From IMG/VR virus record IMGVR_UViG_3300033145_002663, positions 28,470 to 92,469 of that record: 64,000 nt of DNA. One strand, given 5' to 3'. Under the pieces are notes generated by a model, which saw only the letters and a list, made by a program, of their open reading frames with translations, made no database searches and was not told where the DNA came from. The position numbers were made by a program, and so were the translations under genes. Of the stretch, positions 19,488 through 29,211 are shown piece after piece. Position 1 is the first letter of the stretch; each line of letters begins with the position of its first letter. The DNA comes from a virus.

Positions 19488-19750
19488 TTCAATTTCTCAC
19501 CTCTCTTAATCAACTCGGGCCGCCACAATGATTTTGTTTCTTCACTGCAATGAGCCATGGCATCCTCCCATGTCGGCCATCGCCCATGTTTATTATAAAA
19601 ACTATACTGGTAGCACAGGCTATTTCTATCATGCGGGGCATCGATAGGATGATCAACCGCACATTCCTGACATACCCCCGGCCTGGGTGGCAACATAGTA
19701 AGTGGGCTTAAGTGTGATTTCATTATCCCTCCAACTTTTTTAAGAACCAC
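19484..19750 (-). CDS. Conserved-looking phage protein (CxxC-H-H)
   Basis: CQECAVDH...PH...YQY.FY..HGRWPTWEDAMAHC. Confidence 0.65.
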   Translation of the reverse strand: MVLKKVGGIMKSHLSPLTMLPPRPGVCQECAVDHPIDAPHDRNSLCYQYSFYNKHGRWPTWEDAMAHCSEETKSLWRPELIKRGEKLK

Positions 19751-19914
19751 GACGCCTTAACATCCAGCGTAAACTCCTCGTTATAATAATAAAACTGCGA
19801 ATCATCCCAATCAATCAGCACGGACTTGGGGATGAACACCATGCGCTTTTTGTACCGGACGCGGATAGCCTTTCCGGAGAAAGACTCCCGCATCCATTTA
19901 ACTTGGATTTTCAT
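19723..19914 (-). CDS. Hypothetical protein
   Basis: KAI.V.....FIPKS motif of small phage beta-barrels. Confidence 0.55.
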   Translation of the reverse strand: MKIQVKWMRESFSGKAIRVRYKKRMVFIPKSVLIDWDDSQFYYYNEEFTLDVKASWFLKKLEG

Positions 19915-20159
19915 TTAGCCAAATTCACTCTCTGCCCCTTGTTATTTCTTGCCACAAGGTCGGCTGCCGGTGGAAAATCTATGCTTTTATCGTCCACGTT
20001 GATTGTTCCGTAGCTGGCTACGTCAAAACGATTGTATGATACCACCTCGGTAACCCGGGACGGCGACTGAAGCTCAACGGCCAGCTTTTCAAATGCCACC
20101 CGAAGATTACAGAGAACAATTGTTATTATGATCAGGGCTATGAGTATTAAAACTCTCAT
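19911..20159 (-). CDS. Small membrane-anchored protein
   Basis: N-terminal hydrophobic helix. Confidence 0.55.
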   Translation of the reverse strand: MRVLILIALIIITIVLCNLRVAFEKLAVELQSPSRVTEVVSYNRFDVASYGTINVDDKSIDFPPAADLVARNNKGQRVNLAK

Positions 20160-20596
20160 TGCTTCAACGCCTCCTTTCTTGCGAGATAATCCGCCCGCTC
20201 ATTAAGCTTATTGCCAGCATGACCGGGCACCCAGTGAATACTAAACTGATATTTGGCGTACAGCTTTAGCAGTTTCAACCACAGATCTTTGTTCTTAACT
20301 GCCTGGCCGCTGGCTGTTCTCCATCCGTTCGCCTGCCACCTGGCCAGCCAGCCTTTGGTGAAAGCGTGTTGAACGTACTTGCTGTCGGTGTATATGCTAA
20401 CACCAAAAACCGGGAAACTGATGGCCTGCAGGCCGGCAATCACGCCCATCAGCTCCATACGGTTGTTCGTTGTTCTGGACTCACCGCCCTTAACCTCTCG
20501 ATCCCTGCCGCCGTAACTTAAGATCGCGGCGTATCCTCCCCTGCCTCCCGGGTTGCGGAGGCAGGAACCGTCGGTGTAGATTGTGACATTTTTCAT
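20156..20596 (-). CDS. rnhA: Ribonuclease HI
   Basis: IYTDGSCLRNPG.GG, TTNNRMEL, TDSKYV, VKNKDLW, WVPGHAG...NERADYLA. Confidence 0.97.
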   Translation of the reverse strand: MKNVTIYTDGSCLRNPGGRGGYAAILSYGGRDREVKGGESRTTNNRMELMGVIAGLQAISFPVFGVSIYTDSKYVQHAFTKGWLARWQANGWRTASGQAVKNKDLWLKLLKLYAKYQFSIHWVPGHAGNKLNERADYLARKEALKQ

Positions 20597-20711
20597 GGTT
20601 TCCTTTCTTCGAGCAAGTCGAATAACCTTAATTTCCGCCATTCTCAAGCGAGCCTTTTTCATTTCTAATCCTTAATCTGTACTCCCATGATGCAAAATAA
20701 ATCCATGCTCG

Positions 20712-21335
20712 TTACCCCCTTAGGCTCGGTGTGTACGGCCGGCAGAACGTGCGCAGCGCGGCCAGGTTATCTTCGTCCACGGCCCGATACAATTTGCGAT
20801 CAAACTCGTTACACACCTTCAGGTTGGTGGTGGTGTCAAAGAATACGGTGAACCGATCGCCCATGCATTCCATGAGCTCCGCCTGCAGATCATCGTCCTC
20901 AAATACTTCTGCTTTGAGCTTGACTGAAAACTTCTGGTCGATCAGGTCCGGGTACTTATCTCCCAGAATTTCCTCGATCTCACAACCATCCTCGGCATTG
21001 ACAGAAAAGCGGTTGCTGCTGACAAATTTCACTTGACTATCATTCATGCCTGGGATACTGTAACTATGCCGGAAGTTGCTGTTATAACCATCCTTGTCTT
21101 GGCGGACGCGGGTAAATTCTATAATGGTGCCTCCGGCATCTTTCTTTTCGGCGGTAGCTTCTTTTAATGCCTTATCCGCCGCCAGGTAGCGATCCACCTC
21201 CTCCCTGATATGATCCGGCGCGTCGATCACCGGGATCTTGAACTTGGACGACTTCTTCTTCTTGGTCGTTGCCGTCTGTTTCAGCATGTCTCCAAATCCT
21301 ACTGCGGGTTTAATCTTCCTTGCTGCTTGTGCCAT
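20712..21335 (-). CDS. Hypothetical protein
   Basis: AGGAGG SD, 207 aa. Confidence 0.7.
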   Translation of the reverse strand: MAQAARKIKPAVGFGDMLKQTATTKKKKSSKFKIPVIDAPDHIREEVDRYLAADKALKEATAEKKDAGGTIIEFTRVRQDKDGYNSNFRHSYSIPGMNDSQVKFVSSNRFSVNAEDGCEIEEILGDKYPDLIDQKFSVKLKAEVFEDDDLQAELMECMGDRFTVFFDTTTNLKVCNEFDRKLYRAVDEDNLAALRTFCRPYTPSLRG

Positions 21336-21499
21336 GCGGTTTCCTCCTTTGGTTAATAAATCTATTCAGTGCTTCTAAAACACTGGGTTCCAAATAAACT
21401 TTGTCGGTCGGATTGAGATGATCATTTGCCAAAAGCCAGACGCCAAATCCATCGAACTTTGCGTAAACGCCATCACCGAGATACTCATAAATATGTCAT
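21310..21499 (-). pseudogene. Small phage protein (YLGDGVYAKFDG type) with frameshift just after the start
   Basis: GGAGG-ATG ACA TAT TTA TGA; the body EYLGDGVYAKFDGFGVWL...VYLEPSVLEAL is in the +1 frame. Confidence 0.5.
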
Positions 21500-21588
21500 A
21501 CCTCCCTGTTAAAGACTCGAAAGTCCTTTACCAAAAAACTCCCACAATTGCCTTCTTCCACGCCATGTAATCCGTTTTTTCTCGGTCA

Positions 21589-23229
21589 TTAACCCAAGGT
21601 CAACGAGCAACATAAATGCCGTATATCCGGTGCTAAATTCACCTCATGAGTCAATTTGATTTGTGTTGACCTATCCGCAAATACAGGTTGATTTAAGTTC
21701 TGGCTGTATGATTCCCAGCCCTCGAAGCTGTCAACGATATTCTGTTCTTCATTATTCATGTTCTGATATGATTTATTGCCGTAATCATGGGGCAACCAGT
21801 TCTTACCCAGACATGCCGCCATGTTAAACCGTCTGAGGATATCCTCATCCCTGAAAGTTAAATGAATCGTGCCCTTTTTATAGCAGTTCATTTTAAAGTA
21901 GGTACTATGAATACCTCTTGACTCGCCTCTATCGAAAGCACGCGTTATTGCGCTTGTTATTGTTTGATAATGAGCGCATCCGTCAAAGTAATTCATAACG
22001 ATATCAATGTCTCTTAGTTCTCTTGCGGCATCGTAGTGCAATTTCCATCGTCCATCAAACCAATCATTAAACGGGCCGCTTCCATATCCGCCATACATTG
22101 GAATGATAACCTTCTTACCCACTTTAAAAGCGTTATTGGTTTTCCAACCACTAAAATAATGAATGTTATCTTCATACAGACCACCGCTATAGCAATTCTT
22201 GATAGTAAACTTATCAAAAATTTCCAGCACGGCCCTGGTGAGTGCGTCCGTATATCCACCGATTAAATTAAGAACAAACTGCCTGATATTATGCTCGGTG
22301 AAATCCATATCACATCGCTCATTCAGCGCGTGCTCGAACTCCGACTGTCGCTTGGCGGTCATGCGGCTGTTGACTTCTTTCAGGTCAAGCGTTTTTCGCC
22401 AGAACGTTTTTCGAACGGCGATCACCAGGACATTGACCTCGTTCTGCATTTGTGTGGTAAGATCTTCGTCCCTGCAATACTTATCCGGTTCCTTGTTTAA
22501 TCCAATAAAGACACCGACCTTTTTGTAATTCTTATAATAATCCGTGATGGTTTGAATGCCAATATTTACGATCTGATTGTACTCAGCCACCAGCTCCTGG
22601 ATGGTTCGACGGTTGGACACTTCGTGGTTGGTTTCAATTCCAGGCTTTAATTCACCGGCGGTATCACTGACATCTTTGAAAAGATCTTCCTCAACATTAC
22701 GCGTGACAATGATATTCACCAGGGCAACTTCGACCTTGGTTTTTCGTTCCGCGAACTCAAAACCGTTTTGGATATATTCAATCTCGGCGTTGAGTTCGTC
22801 CAGCTTCTTAACCAGCTCCTTGCGGGTGTTGCTGTACGGATTGCACAAAGTTTCGGCATTGAGCAGGAATATGATCTGCCCTCTGTACATAATATCGATT
22901 GCTTTGAGCAGATGCTTATCCCCCTCATCAAACGGCGGGTTCGCAATAATTAAATCGAACTTATCCGGTCCGGCGTAAGTGAGAAAGTTACTATCAATGA
23001 CTTTAATACCCTTGCCTCTGAGTGTTGCCTGAAATTCCTCATCAATCTCTATGGCCGATATGTTGCTGAAATTTCGACTATGGCTATATCGGCTACGCTC
23101 CTTGAGAAATTCGATAATACCCCCCCTACCCGCCGAAGGATCCAATACGTTGACAAATGAACCTTTCTGAACCTTGTCAAGCATCTTTCTTATCAGACGC
23201 TTCGGGGTAGGATAATCATTTTTTAACAT
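21589..23229 (-). CDS. N6-adenine DNA methyltransferase with DUF4942-like C-terminus
   Basis: YPTP, LDPSAGRG, IANPPF, GWKTN.AFKVGKKVI, YKKGTIHL.F. Confidence 0.88.
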   Translation of the reverse strand: MLKNDYPTPKRLIRKMLDKVQKGSFVNVLDPSAGRGGIIEFLKERSRYSHSRNFSNISAIEIDEEFQATLRGKGIKVIDSNFLTYAGPDKFDLIIANPPFDEGDKHLLKAIDIMYRGQIIFLLNAETLCNPYSNTRKELVKKLDELNAEIEYIQNGFEFAERKTKVEVALVNIIVTRNVEEDLFKDVSDTAGELKPGIETNHEVSNRRTIQELVAEYNQIVNIGIQTITDYYKNYKKVGVFIGLNKEPDKYCRDEDLTTQMQNEVNVLVIAVRKTFWRKTLDLKEVNSRMTAKRQSEFEHALNERCDMDFTEHNIRQFVLNLIGGYTDALTRAVLEIFDKFTIKNCYSGGLYEDNIHYFSGWKTNNAFKVGKKVIIPMYGGYGSGPFNDWFDGRWKLHYDAARELRDIDIVMNYFDGCAHYQTITSAITRAFDRGESRGIHSTYFKMNCYKKGTIHLTFRDEDILRRFNMAACLGKNWLPHDYGNKSYQNMNNEEQNIVDSFEGWESYSQNLNQPVFADRSTQIKLTHEVNLAPDIRHLCCSLTLG

Positions 23230-23239
23230 TTATCCCTCC

Positions 23240-23494
23240 TTAAATCATCGGTTGATTCCGTTCGGACAGCGGACGACCCACCTCTGGAACTTCCTCAAAA
23301 TATAATTTCATATCCTTATCCAAATCCATTCCGTGAGGCGGTTCTCCATCATCATCGATCAAATAAACATCTGTCCATTGATCCCCTTTATAGTCGTGGC
23401 GACATCGATCAACCTCTTCGTAAATCTTACCTGACGTAAAGACTATCCTGTTATCTTGAATCATCCTAAAGTCTTTCTTGCACAGCCATTTCAT
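23240..23494 (-). CDS. Hypothetical protein, paralogue of 24597-24791
   Basis: MKWLCKKDF.M..DNR.VFT.GK.YEEV. Confidence 0.7.
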   Translation of the reverse strand: MKWLCKKDFRMIQDNRIVFTSGKIYEEVDRCRHDYKGDQWTDVYLIDDDGEPPHGMDLDKDMKLYFEEVPEVGRPLSERNQPMI

Positions 23495-23907
23495 CCTTCC
23501 TCCCCCAACAATGTTTTAGCTACATAGAGCCGTTCCAGTTTCTCGGCAATACCGGACAAATCCTCGTCGTCGGAGCATACCCGCTTTAATTCTTTGATAA
23601 GGTTACGGGTCACTGCACCGCGCATCACGTGCAACTCTTGATAAACCCTGCCAACTTCCCGACGTAAGTACTCATGTTGACTAGCGTTAAGCTGTTTTAA
23701 ATCATTATTTAAATCTTTATACTGTAAATAATATCGATGCATGGGAACTTGATGAATATGTTTTCCATCCTGACCACGTCGTCTAAAGCGGTATGTTTTA
23801 CTTAAAAATTTCTTGGCAAGGGATCGAAATAAATCTCCCTCCTTAGTGTTTGGGACTTTAAAAATATATCCCGGATTGTCCTTCATATATTTTTCAAGTT
23901 TCTTCAA
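23491..23907 (-). CDS. Hypothetical protein, paralogue of 5642-6022
   Basis: Shared N- and C-terminal motifs. Confidence 0.7.
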   Translation of the reverse strand: MKKLEKYMKDNPGYIFKVPNTKEGDLFRSLAKKFLSKTYRFRRRGQDGKHIHQVPMHRYYLQYKDLNNDLKQLNASQHEYLRREVGRVYQELHVMRGAVTRNLIKELKRVCSDDEDLSGIAEKLERLYVAKTLLGEEG

Positions 23908-23916
23908 AGCTCCTCC

Positions 23917-24597
23917 TTACGCCGGCAACGGCGCACGATCGTCCGGGTTCGCCTGCGTTCCCAGCATAATATCGTCGCTGATCTTGCCTAATATTTCCTC
24001 GATGTACTCATCCTCATCCGGGTGCGCGGCCTTCATGAAGTTTAAAGCGATGTCCTTTTCTCCCTCGGCCAGTTGCAGGTAGCGGGCGTATTGCTTTTTG
24101 TACCGATTGATTTTCTCAACCTCATCAAATGCCAAACCTACAGCAACACTAACTTTATCAATAACACTTTTACGCTCTTTGATGATGCCATCATATTCTT
24201 TCTTCGCCAAATTATAACGAGTTTCAATTTCTTTAGCAGCCTTCTCTTGAGCCTTATGCTTTTCTCGATGCTCTGACGAGAAAGCCTTTTGCGGCTTAAA
24301 AGAAACAGATTCTTCATTCAATACATAACCATCTGTTGACCAATCTCGTCGCATACGTGTCATGCCATTAAGAAGATTAACAATTTCTTGAGCATCTTCT
24401 TTGCGCTCAAGCAATACATCATCAATATTGAAAAGGTTTAAATCTTCCTGCGGCTTGTTTACTTCCGGTTTGACTGGCGACGACTCCGGCAGTAGCGGTA
24501 TGCCTTCAAAGCAACACTCCAGGTCGATTAAACGCTCAATTCCATCCTGATTTAAATCTCTAAGCTCTTCGTTGGTGTAGTCTGTGAGTCTTTTCAT
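23917..24597 (-). CDS. Hypothetical coiled-coil protein
   Basis: 226-aa ORF with SD. Confidence 0.7.
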   Translation of the reverse strand: MKRLTDYTNEELRDLNQDGIERLIDLECCFEGIPLLPESSPVKPEVNKPQEDLNLFNIDDVLLERKEDAQEIVNLLNGMTRMRRDWSTDGYVLNEESVSFKPQKAFSSEHREKHKAQEKAAKEIETRYNLAKKEYDGIIKERKSVIDKVSVAVGLAFDEVEKINRYKKQYARYLQLAEGEKDIALNFMKAAHPDEDEYIEEILGKISDDIMLGTQANPDDRAPLPA

Positions 24598-24791
24598 TAT
24601 TCCTCCTTAAAATAATTTAACATGTCTTCTATTAAATCCATTCCATGACGTTCACCCTCATCATCAATCAGAAAAATATCAACCCATTTGTCATGCTTAA
24701 TACGAGAAACTTCCTCGTAAGTTTTACCTGCTGTAAATACCACCCGATTATCATGATTCATTTTAAAGTCTTTTTTACATAACCATTTCAT
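24597..24791 (-). CDS. Hypothetical protein, paralogue of 23240-23494
   Basis: Near-identical N-terminus. Confidence 0.7.
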   Translation of the reverse strand: MKWLCKKDFKMNHDNRVVFTAGKTYEEVSRIKHDKWVDIFLIDDEGERHGMDLIEDMLNYFKEE

Positions 24792-24792
24792 C

Positions 24793-25929
24793 TTAATTCA
24801 CCCCCATATGCACCAGCTCGCCCCAGGGCGGATCACTGCCCCGGCCGCTTGGGGTTTTCACCCACAGCACGGGATAATCCGGCGGGCTTGCCGGGTAATC
24901 GCTGCTTTCCAGGTCTGTCAGATAAATCGCAAATCCCGGAGTGCCGTCATAGTTTCTTTCGATCCACTCAAATGCCGGTGAAAACCGGGTACCGCCGCCC
25001 CCGCTAAATTCAAGGGACAATATCGGCAGGTCCTCACGGGTGTAAATCGCGGGTGTTCCCTGCACCTTAGTATCAACATAAACCACGGTCAGCTCGGTGG
25101 GATACGTTTCAAGGATACCGTTAAACTCCCCGAGAAACTGCTGCCGGTCCTTTAATGTGGAACCTGAAGCGTCCATGATCAGGACACCGGGATTAAGCTC
25201 CCTGCAAAACATGCTCGGCAGATAAATACCCATGTGAATAAAGCGGCGGTTCGGCGGGATCCACTGATAGTCGTTCCGGGTTATCTTCTCGATGAACCTC
25301 ATGAGCACGACTCGCCAGTCCACCTTGGGCTTTAAGATGTTATCCACCATCTCTTTAATACCACCCAGCATCTTACCCTCGGCACTCGCCTGGTTCTTGG
25401 CCTGTCTTACGGTCAGCTCCCAGTCGACCTCGTGCTCTCGTTTCTGGGATTCGGTGGCGGGCTGGTTTTCGTCTTCCGGGTTCGGCATGTCTCGAACTTC
25501 GCCAAAGCCGCCACCTTCAGGCGGATCGGGAATTAATGAATAGATCTCCTCTGCACACATCCCGTAAAACGCCGGGTCGTCCAAGCCGCCTTCCGGCAAC
25601 CTAAATCCGGCATCCGTTACCAGCGGATTAATCGCATAATCGGCAGCCCTGTTAAATTTCTCATGTTTCCGATCACCCCTTCTGGTATGATGCATGCAAG
25701 CACAGTGCATGCATTCGTGACAGACAACACCCCGGATCTTACCGATGGTAAGCGAGTGCACGAACTCAGGGTTGTATCCAAGGTGTATGCCGTCGGTCCA
25801 CATCGTTTTACAGCCGTAGTCTTCCTTTAAAATGAGCTTTAGGGACAGCGTACCGAAGAACGGTGCTTCAGCTATCAGCCCGGATCGTGCCCGCACCATC
25901 TGGAAGCGGGCCTCTTTGTCTTTGATCAT
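24793..25929 (-). CDS. HExxH metallopeptidase plus VWA-like domain protein (DUF2201 type)
   Basis: TDG..L.YNP.F, HECMH, N.AADYAIN, MIDAS DASGS, GGGGT.F, YLTDL. Confidence 0.9.
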   Translation of the reverse strand: MIKDKEARFQMVRARSGLIAEAPFFGTLSLKLILKEDYGCKTMWTDGIHLGYNPEFVHSLTIGKIRGVVCHECMHCACMHHTRRGDRKHEKFNRAADYAINPLVTDAGFRLPEGGLDDPAFYGMCAEEIYSLIPDPPEGGGFGEVRDMPNPEDENQPATESQKREHEVDWELTVRQAKNQASAEGKMLGGIKEMVDNILKPKVDWRVVLMRFIEKITRNDYQWIPPNRRFIHMGIYLPSMFCRELNPGVLIMDASGSTLKDRQQFLGEFNGILETYPTELTVVYVDTKVQGTPAIYTREDLPILSLEFSGGGGTRFSPAFEWIERNYDGTPGFAIYLTDLESSDYPASPPDYPVLWVKTPSGRGSDPPWGELVHMGVN

Positions 25930-25940
25930 TTTTCACCTCC

Positions 25941-26429
25941 TCACTCCCACATATGCCGGAAATCGTTGTTTGGCATGATCCAGAAATACTGATTCAAAAT
26001 AATTCGGCATAGTTTGTGGAGATCGTCGAAATATAACTTATCTTTATCAAAATAGGGTTCCCATGAACCCGACTCAATCACTTTGTGCATATCGTCACAC
26101 TCATATGGGTAGTTTGGATCAAAACCGTACCTTAGAAAATGATCAACCTCCGCTTCGCATCCGTATTGAGTCAGAGTATTATCCAATCTTTGAAAGCATG
26201 TTTCGCAATACGGGGTTCCATCACCATCTGTACCCCAACCACCATCAACATCATACTCGCCATCCGGATCTGATCTTCGGAGATCCTCCACTTTTTTATG
26301 TGCGCAATCATAACAAAAACTTAATCCTTCATCGTATCCGCTGATCCAGTGTTCATTTTCTTCCGTGACGAGCATGGCGCCGGCCAGAAAAACTTCTTCC
26401 AGTCTCATGCGTTCAGTTTTTGTTAACAT
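25941..26429 (-). CDS. Hypothetical protein (CxxC x2)
   Basis: ORF in operon. Confidence 0.6.
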   Translation of the reverse strand: MLTKTERMRLEEVFLAGAMLVTEENEHWISGYDEGLSFCYDCAHKKVEDLRRSDPDGEYDVDGGWGTDGDGTPYCETCFQRLDNTLTQYGCEAEVDHFLRYGFDPNYPYECDDMHKVIESGSWEPYFDKDKLYFDDLHKLCRIILNQYFWIMPNNDFRHMWE

Positions 26430-26436
26430 ACCTTTG

Positions 26437-27303
26437 TTAACATACCACCCCCGCGTACGGCGCCATCTTCTTCATGATCTCAGCTGTGGCGTCCTTTAAA
26501 GTGTTTCGAACTTCCTCGTTCCCCCTGATCTCCTTGCCGGAAAACCGGCACAGTTTTTGCTCGATCTCTTTGGCCATTTCGTCCAGCTTGGGATCGTTGC
26601 CGATGTTCAGCTTGGGCAGCACCGGGAGCAGGTCTTTAATATTCTGCACGATGGAGTTGTGCGGTTTCTTGGACTCCGCCAAACGGTCCGCCATTTTCTT
26701 GATCGGATCGTACAGCTTTTTCCATACACCGGCCATTGCCCCGGCAAACCGGGCAGTGATCTGTTTTTCCAGGTTGTCGTTCAGATAGTCCAGTTCGTCC
26801 TGGGACAGCTTCACGCGCCAGTCCCCCACCGAAGGGATAGGAACAATGTTCAGTTTAGTTCCGAACAGGTCACGAATTTTCGAGACAGCCGGGTAATCCC
26901 CAGCCTTCCACATCGTTCCGAGTAATTCTTTCTCGGCATGAACATAACCGGAATAGTTAATACAGAACTGATCATAGCGATCCTCGAACGTTGAGATTCG
27001 CTGGCGCTGACCGTCCATGTATTCCTGGTGCAGCTCGATGGCCAGAATGCGGTTAACAGGATCCCACGGCAGGGTCATGAGTTTATGAAAGTTCTTAATA
27101 TCGGCGGCCGCGGACTCGTACCCGCTGGTACAATCCTTGGCCATCGTATATTTCGTGAATGATCCTGCCTTTCTCCTGCATCCCTCATTAATCTTGTTTG
27201 TTACTTCCTTGTCCACCCGGTTCGTGCGGTACATGTTCACCTCACATGACACCAGGACGGCTCTTGAGCTTAGGTCTAACAACATTGGTTTTCTCCTTTC
27301 CAA
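26437..27303 (-). CDS. Helical protein typical of AAA/VWA clusters (DUF3150-like)
   Basis: A.LV...TLPW...DYP...KLNI.NDP.L motifs; position between AAA and VWA genes. Confidence 0.6.
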   Translation of the reverse strand: MERRKPMLLDLSSRAVLVSCEVNMYRTNRVDKEVTNKINEGCRRKAGSFTKYTMAKDCTSGYESAAADIKNFHKLMTLPWDPVNRILAIELHQEYMDGQRQRISTFEDRYDQFCINYSGYVHAEKELLGTMWKAGDYPAVSKIRDLFGTKLNIVPIPSVGDWRVKLSQDELDYLNDNLEKQITARFAGAMAGVWKKLYDPIKKMADRLAESKKPHNSIVQNIKDLLPVLPKLNIGNDPKLDEMAKEIEQKLCRFSGKEIRGNEEVRNTLKDATAEIMKKMAPYAGVVC

Positions 27304-27619
27304 AAACTTTTAAGATGCGAATACATTCGGGATGATTTTTATATCCCAAAGCATTTGACACTTCGCGCCAGGTTTTCCCACCACCTCGCATACGTTTAAT
27401 AATTTTCACCTGCTTCATGCGCTGTTCAATGGTAAACCGAGGCTGTCTGCCAGGTTTTCGGTTTAAATTTTTAATAATTTCTTGTCTTTTTTTACGCAAT
27501 TGACATAATTGCATCCGAACGGATCGTTTTTGTTTAAATAATTCGATTTCCTTTTGATTGATTTTATCATCAATCTCGACCAAACGAGCTATTTCTTCAT
27601 CAATGAGTTTTGTTGGCAT
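27242..27619 (-). CDS. Coiled-coil plus HTH protein
   Basis: MRGGGKTWREVSNALGY. Confidence 0.6.
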   Translation of the reverse strand: MPTKLIDEEIARLVEIDDKINQKEIELFKQKRSVRMQLCQLRKKRQEIIKNLNRKPGRQPRFTIEQRMKQVKIIKRMRGGGKTWREVSNALGYKNHPECIRILKVFGKEKTNVVRPKLKSRPGVM

Positions 27620-27777
27620 TAATCGCCTCCGTCGAAATCTAATGAATCTGCATCAGAACCGACGACTTCAAATTGATCGCTACCACACTTGGGGCACCTT
27701 GCTCCGTGTTCGGCCCAATCAATGTCGTTATCGTATGGGCTTGCTGTTTTCCATTGATCATAATTTGTAAACGGCAT

Positions 27778-27972
27778 CTATTCCTCCTTAAACACGCAAT
27801 TTTGACAACGCGTCTTATCTCTACAAAATTTACATACTTTATTGCTGTCTATGGCCTCGCAAGTATGATCGATAATCACTCCTATCGCTTTTGTCATAGG
27901 CACATCCAAAGCCCATGCAATACGCCTCAATGCGCAACTACGCTGATAGTTTAATTCTGGCGTATATGCCAT
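27778..27972 (-). CDS. Small RHH-like protein with Cys-rich tail
   Basis: YTPEL...LRRIAWALDVPMT...CKFC.D..RC..C. Confidence 0.6.
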   Translation of the reverse strand: MAYTPELNYQRSCALRRIAWALDVPMTKAIGVIIDHTCEAIDSNKVCKFCRDKTRCQNCVFKEE

Positions 27973-27985
27973 CTTGCCTCACCCC

Positions 27986-29050
27986 CTACTGCAAATACTG
28001 CCCGTGCTCCGGGAACCACTGCGTGGTGTACGCTTTGTGCTTCATGAGCATGGGGTCTTTGCGGACGATGTCTTTCATTAATTTCATGGACCACTCTTTT
28101 TCCACCCGCATAGAATATGTTACGATGTTCTTAAAGTTGTCCTGATCGGCCATGGATGCCAGCGCGCAGGTCAGCGAGTACATTATGTCAGGCTTACCTG
28201 TGGGAACACCGGCGGTCTTGGGATGCGCCAGGATATTGTCCATGTCCGGCAGCTCGTTATAAACTTTCTCGAATGTCATGAACTCACCGGTGGGCCCCTT
28301 GCCGACCGTGCCGCTTAACAGCTCGAACTTTAAATCCTGCGGCGGGTGCTGCTTTAAAATGTCGGATGTAAATTCCCATGTCCTAGGCGAGGCGAACGCT
28401 TTTTCGTTTTTCTTTTCCGGGTTCTGAGAATCGTTCATCGGGTCAAAGTCCAACAGCAGCTGCGGAAAATTATGAATGAACGCAATCACCATTGGATAAA
28501 TATCAGCGCGGTACGCCCATGTAATCCAATCTTCCTGGCTTACATCGTAGTTAATATGAATGAGCCGGTTCGCCATGGGGGTGCTCATCCGGTGGGTGAA
28601 CGCTCTGTCAATTTCCCGGTTGCCGGCGGCTACGATCCACCAGCCAGGCGGCAGCTCGTACTCCCCGATTTTTCGATCAAGGAATAACTGAAGCAGGGCG
28701 TTCTGTGTGAGCGGCGGTGCTGAGGGCAGCTCATCAAAAAAGATGATGCCCTTGCCTTCCGTCGGCAGGAATGCCGGCGGACACCAGTGCGCTTTCTGGT
28801 CGCCGTTGATTGATGGCAACCCACGAATATCAACAGGATCGAGCAGCAATGCCCGAATATCCCTGAAGCCGTACAGTGCCTTTGCCTTTTGTTTGATTAA
28901 TTTGCAATCACCGCCCTCGGTGGCGTTAAGCCAGTCCACCAGTTGTTGGATGATACATGACTTTCCAACTCCCGGCGGGCCCCATAAAATGCAGGGCAGG
29001 TCGGCGTTTTTAAGAATCTTTAATGATTCAAATACTTGGGTTGGCCTCAT
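27986..29050 (-). CDS. MoxR/dynein-related AAA+ ATPase
   Basis: WGPPGVGKS, FFDEL, IVAAGNR, MANRL, SPRTW. Confidence 0.93.
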   Translation of the reverse strand: MRPTQVFESLKILKNADLPCILWGPPGVGKSCIIQQLVDWLNATEGGDCKLIKQKAKALYGFRDIRALLLDPVDIRGLPSINGDQKAHWCPPAFLPTEGKGIIFFDELPSAPPLTQNALLQLFLDRKIGEYELPPGWWIVAAGNREIDRAFTHRMSTPMANRLIHINYDVSQEDWITWAYRADIYPMVIAFIHNFPQLLLDFDPMNDSQNPEKKNEKAFASPRTWEFTSDILKQHPPQDLKFELLSGTVGKGPTGEFMTFEKVYNELPDMDNILAHPKTAGVPTGKPDIMYSLTCALASMADQDNFKNIVTYSMRVEKEWSMKLMKDIVRKDPMLMKHKAYTTQWFPEHGQYLQ

Positions 29051-29211
29051 TGCTTTCCTCCTTTCTGTTACATCCAAATTTCTCCTGCAGGGAGTACAGA
29101 CATTTGTTGCACTTTGAGCACCTTTCCCGCCTGCAATTTAACTGCTCATCAGTTTCAAGCTCTCCCTTGCACCTTTTACACTTATAAATATAAACCAATA
29201 GTTTCACCTCC

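Noticed and set aside
29118-29156. Hammerhead ribozyme core (CTGATGA...GAAA on minus strand)
   Set aside because: GAAA does not follow stem II and no stems I/III are seen; region reads as a small Cys-rich ORF
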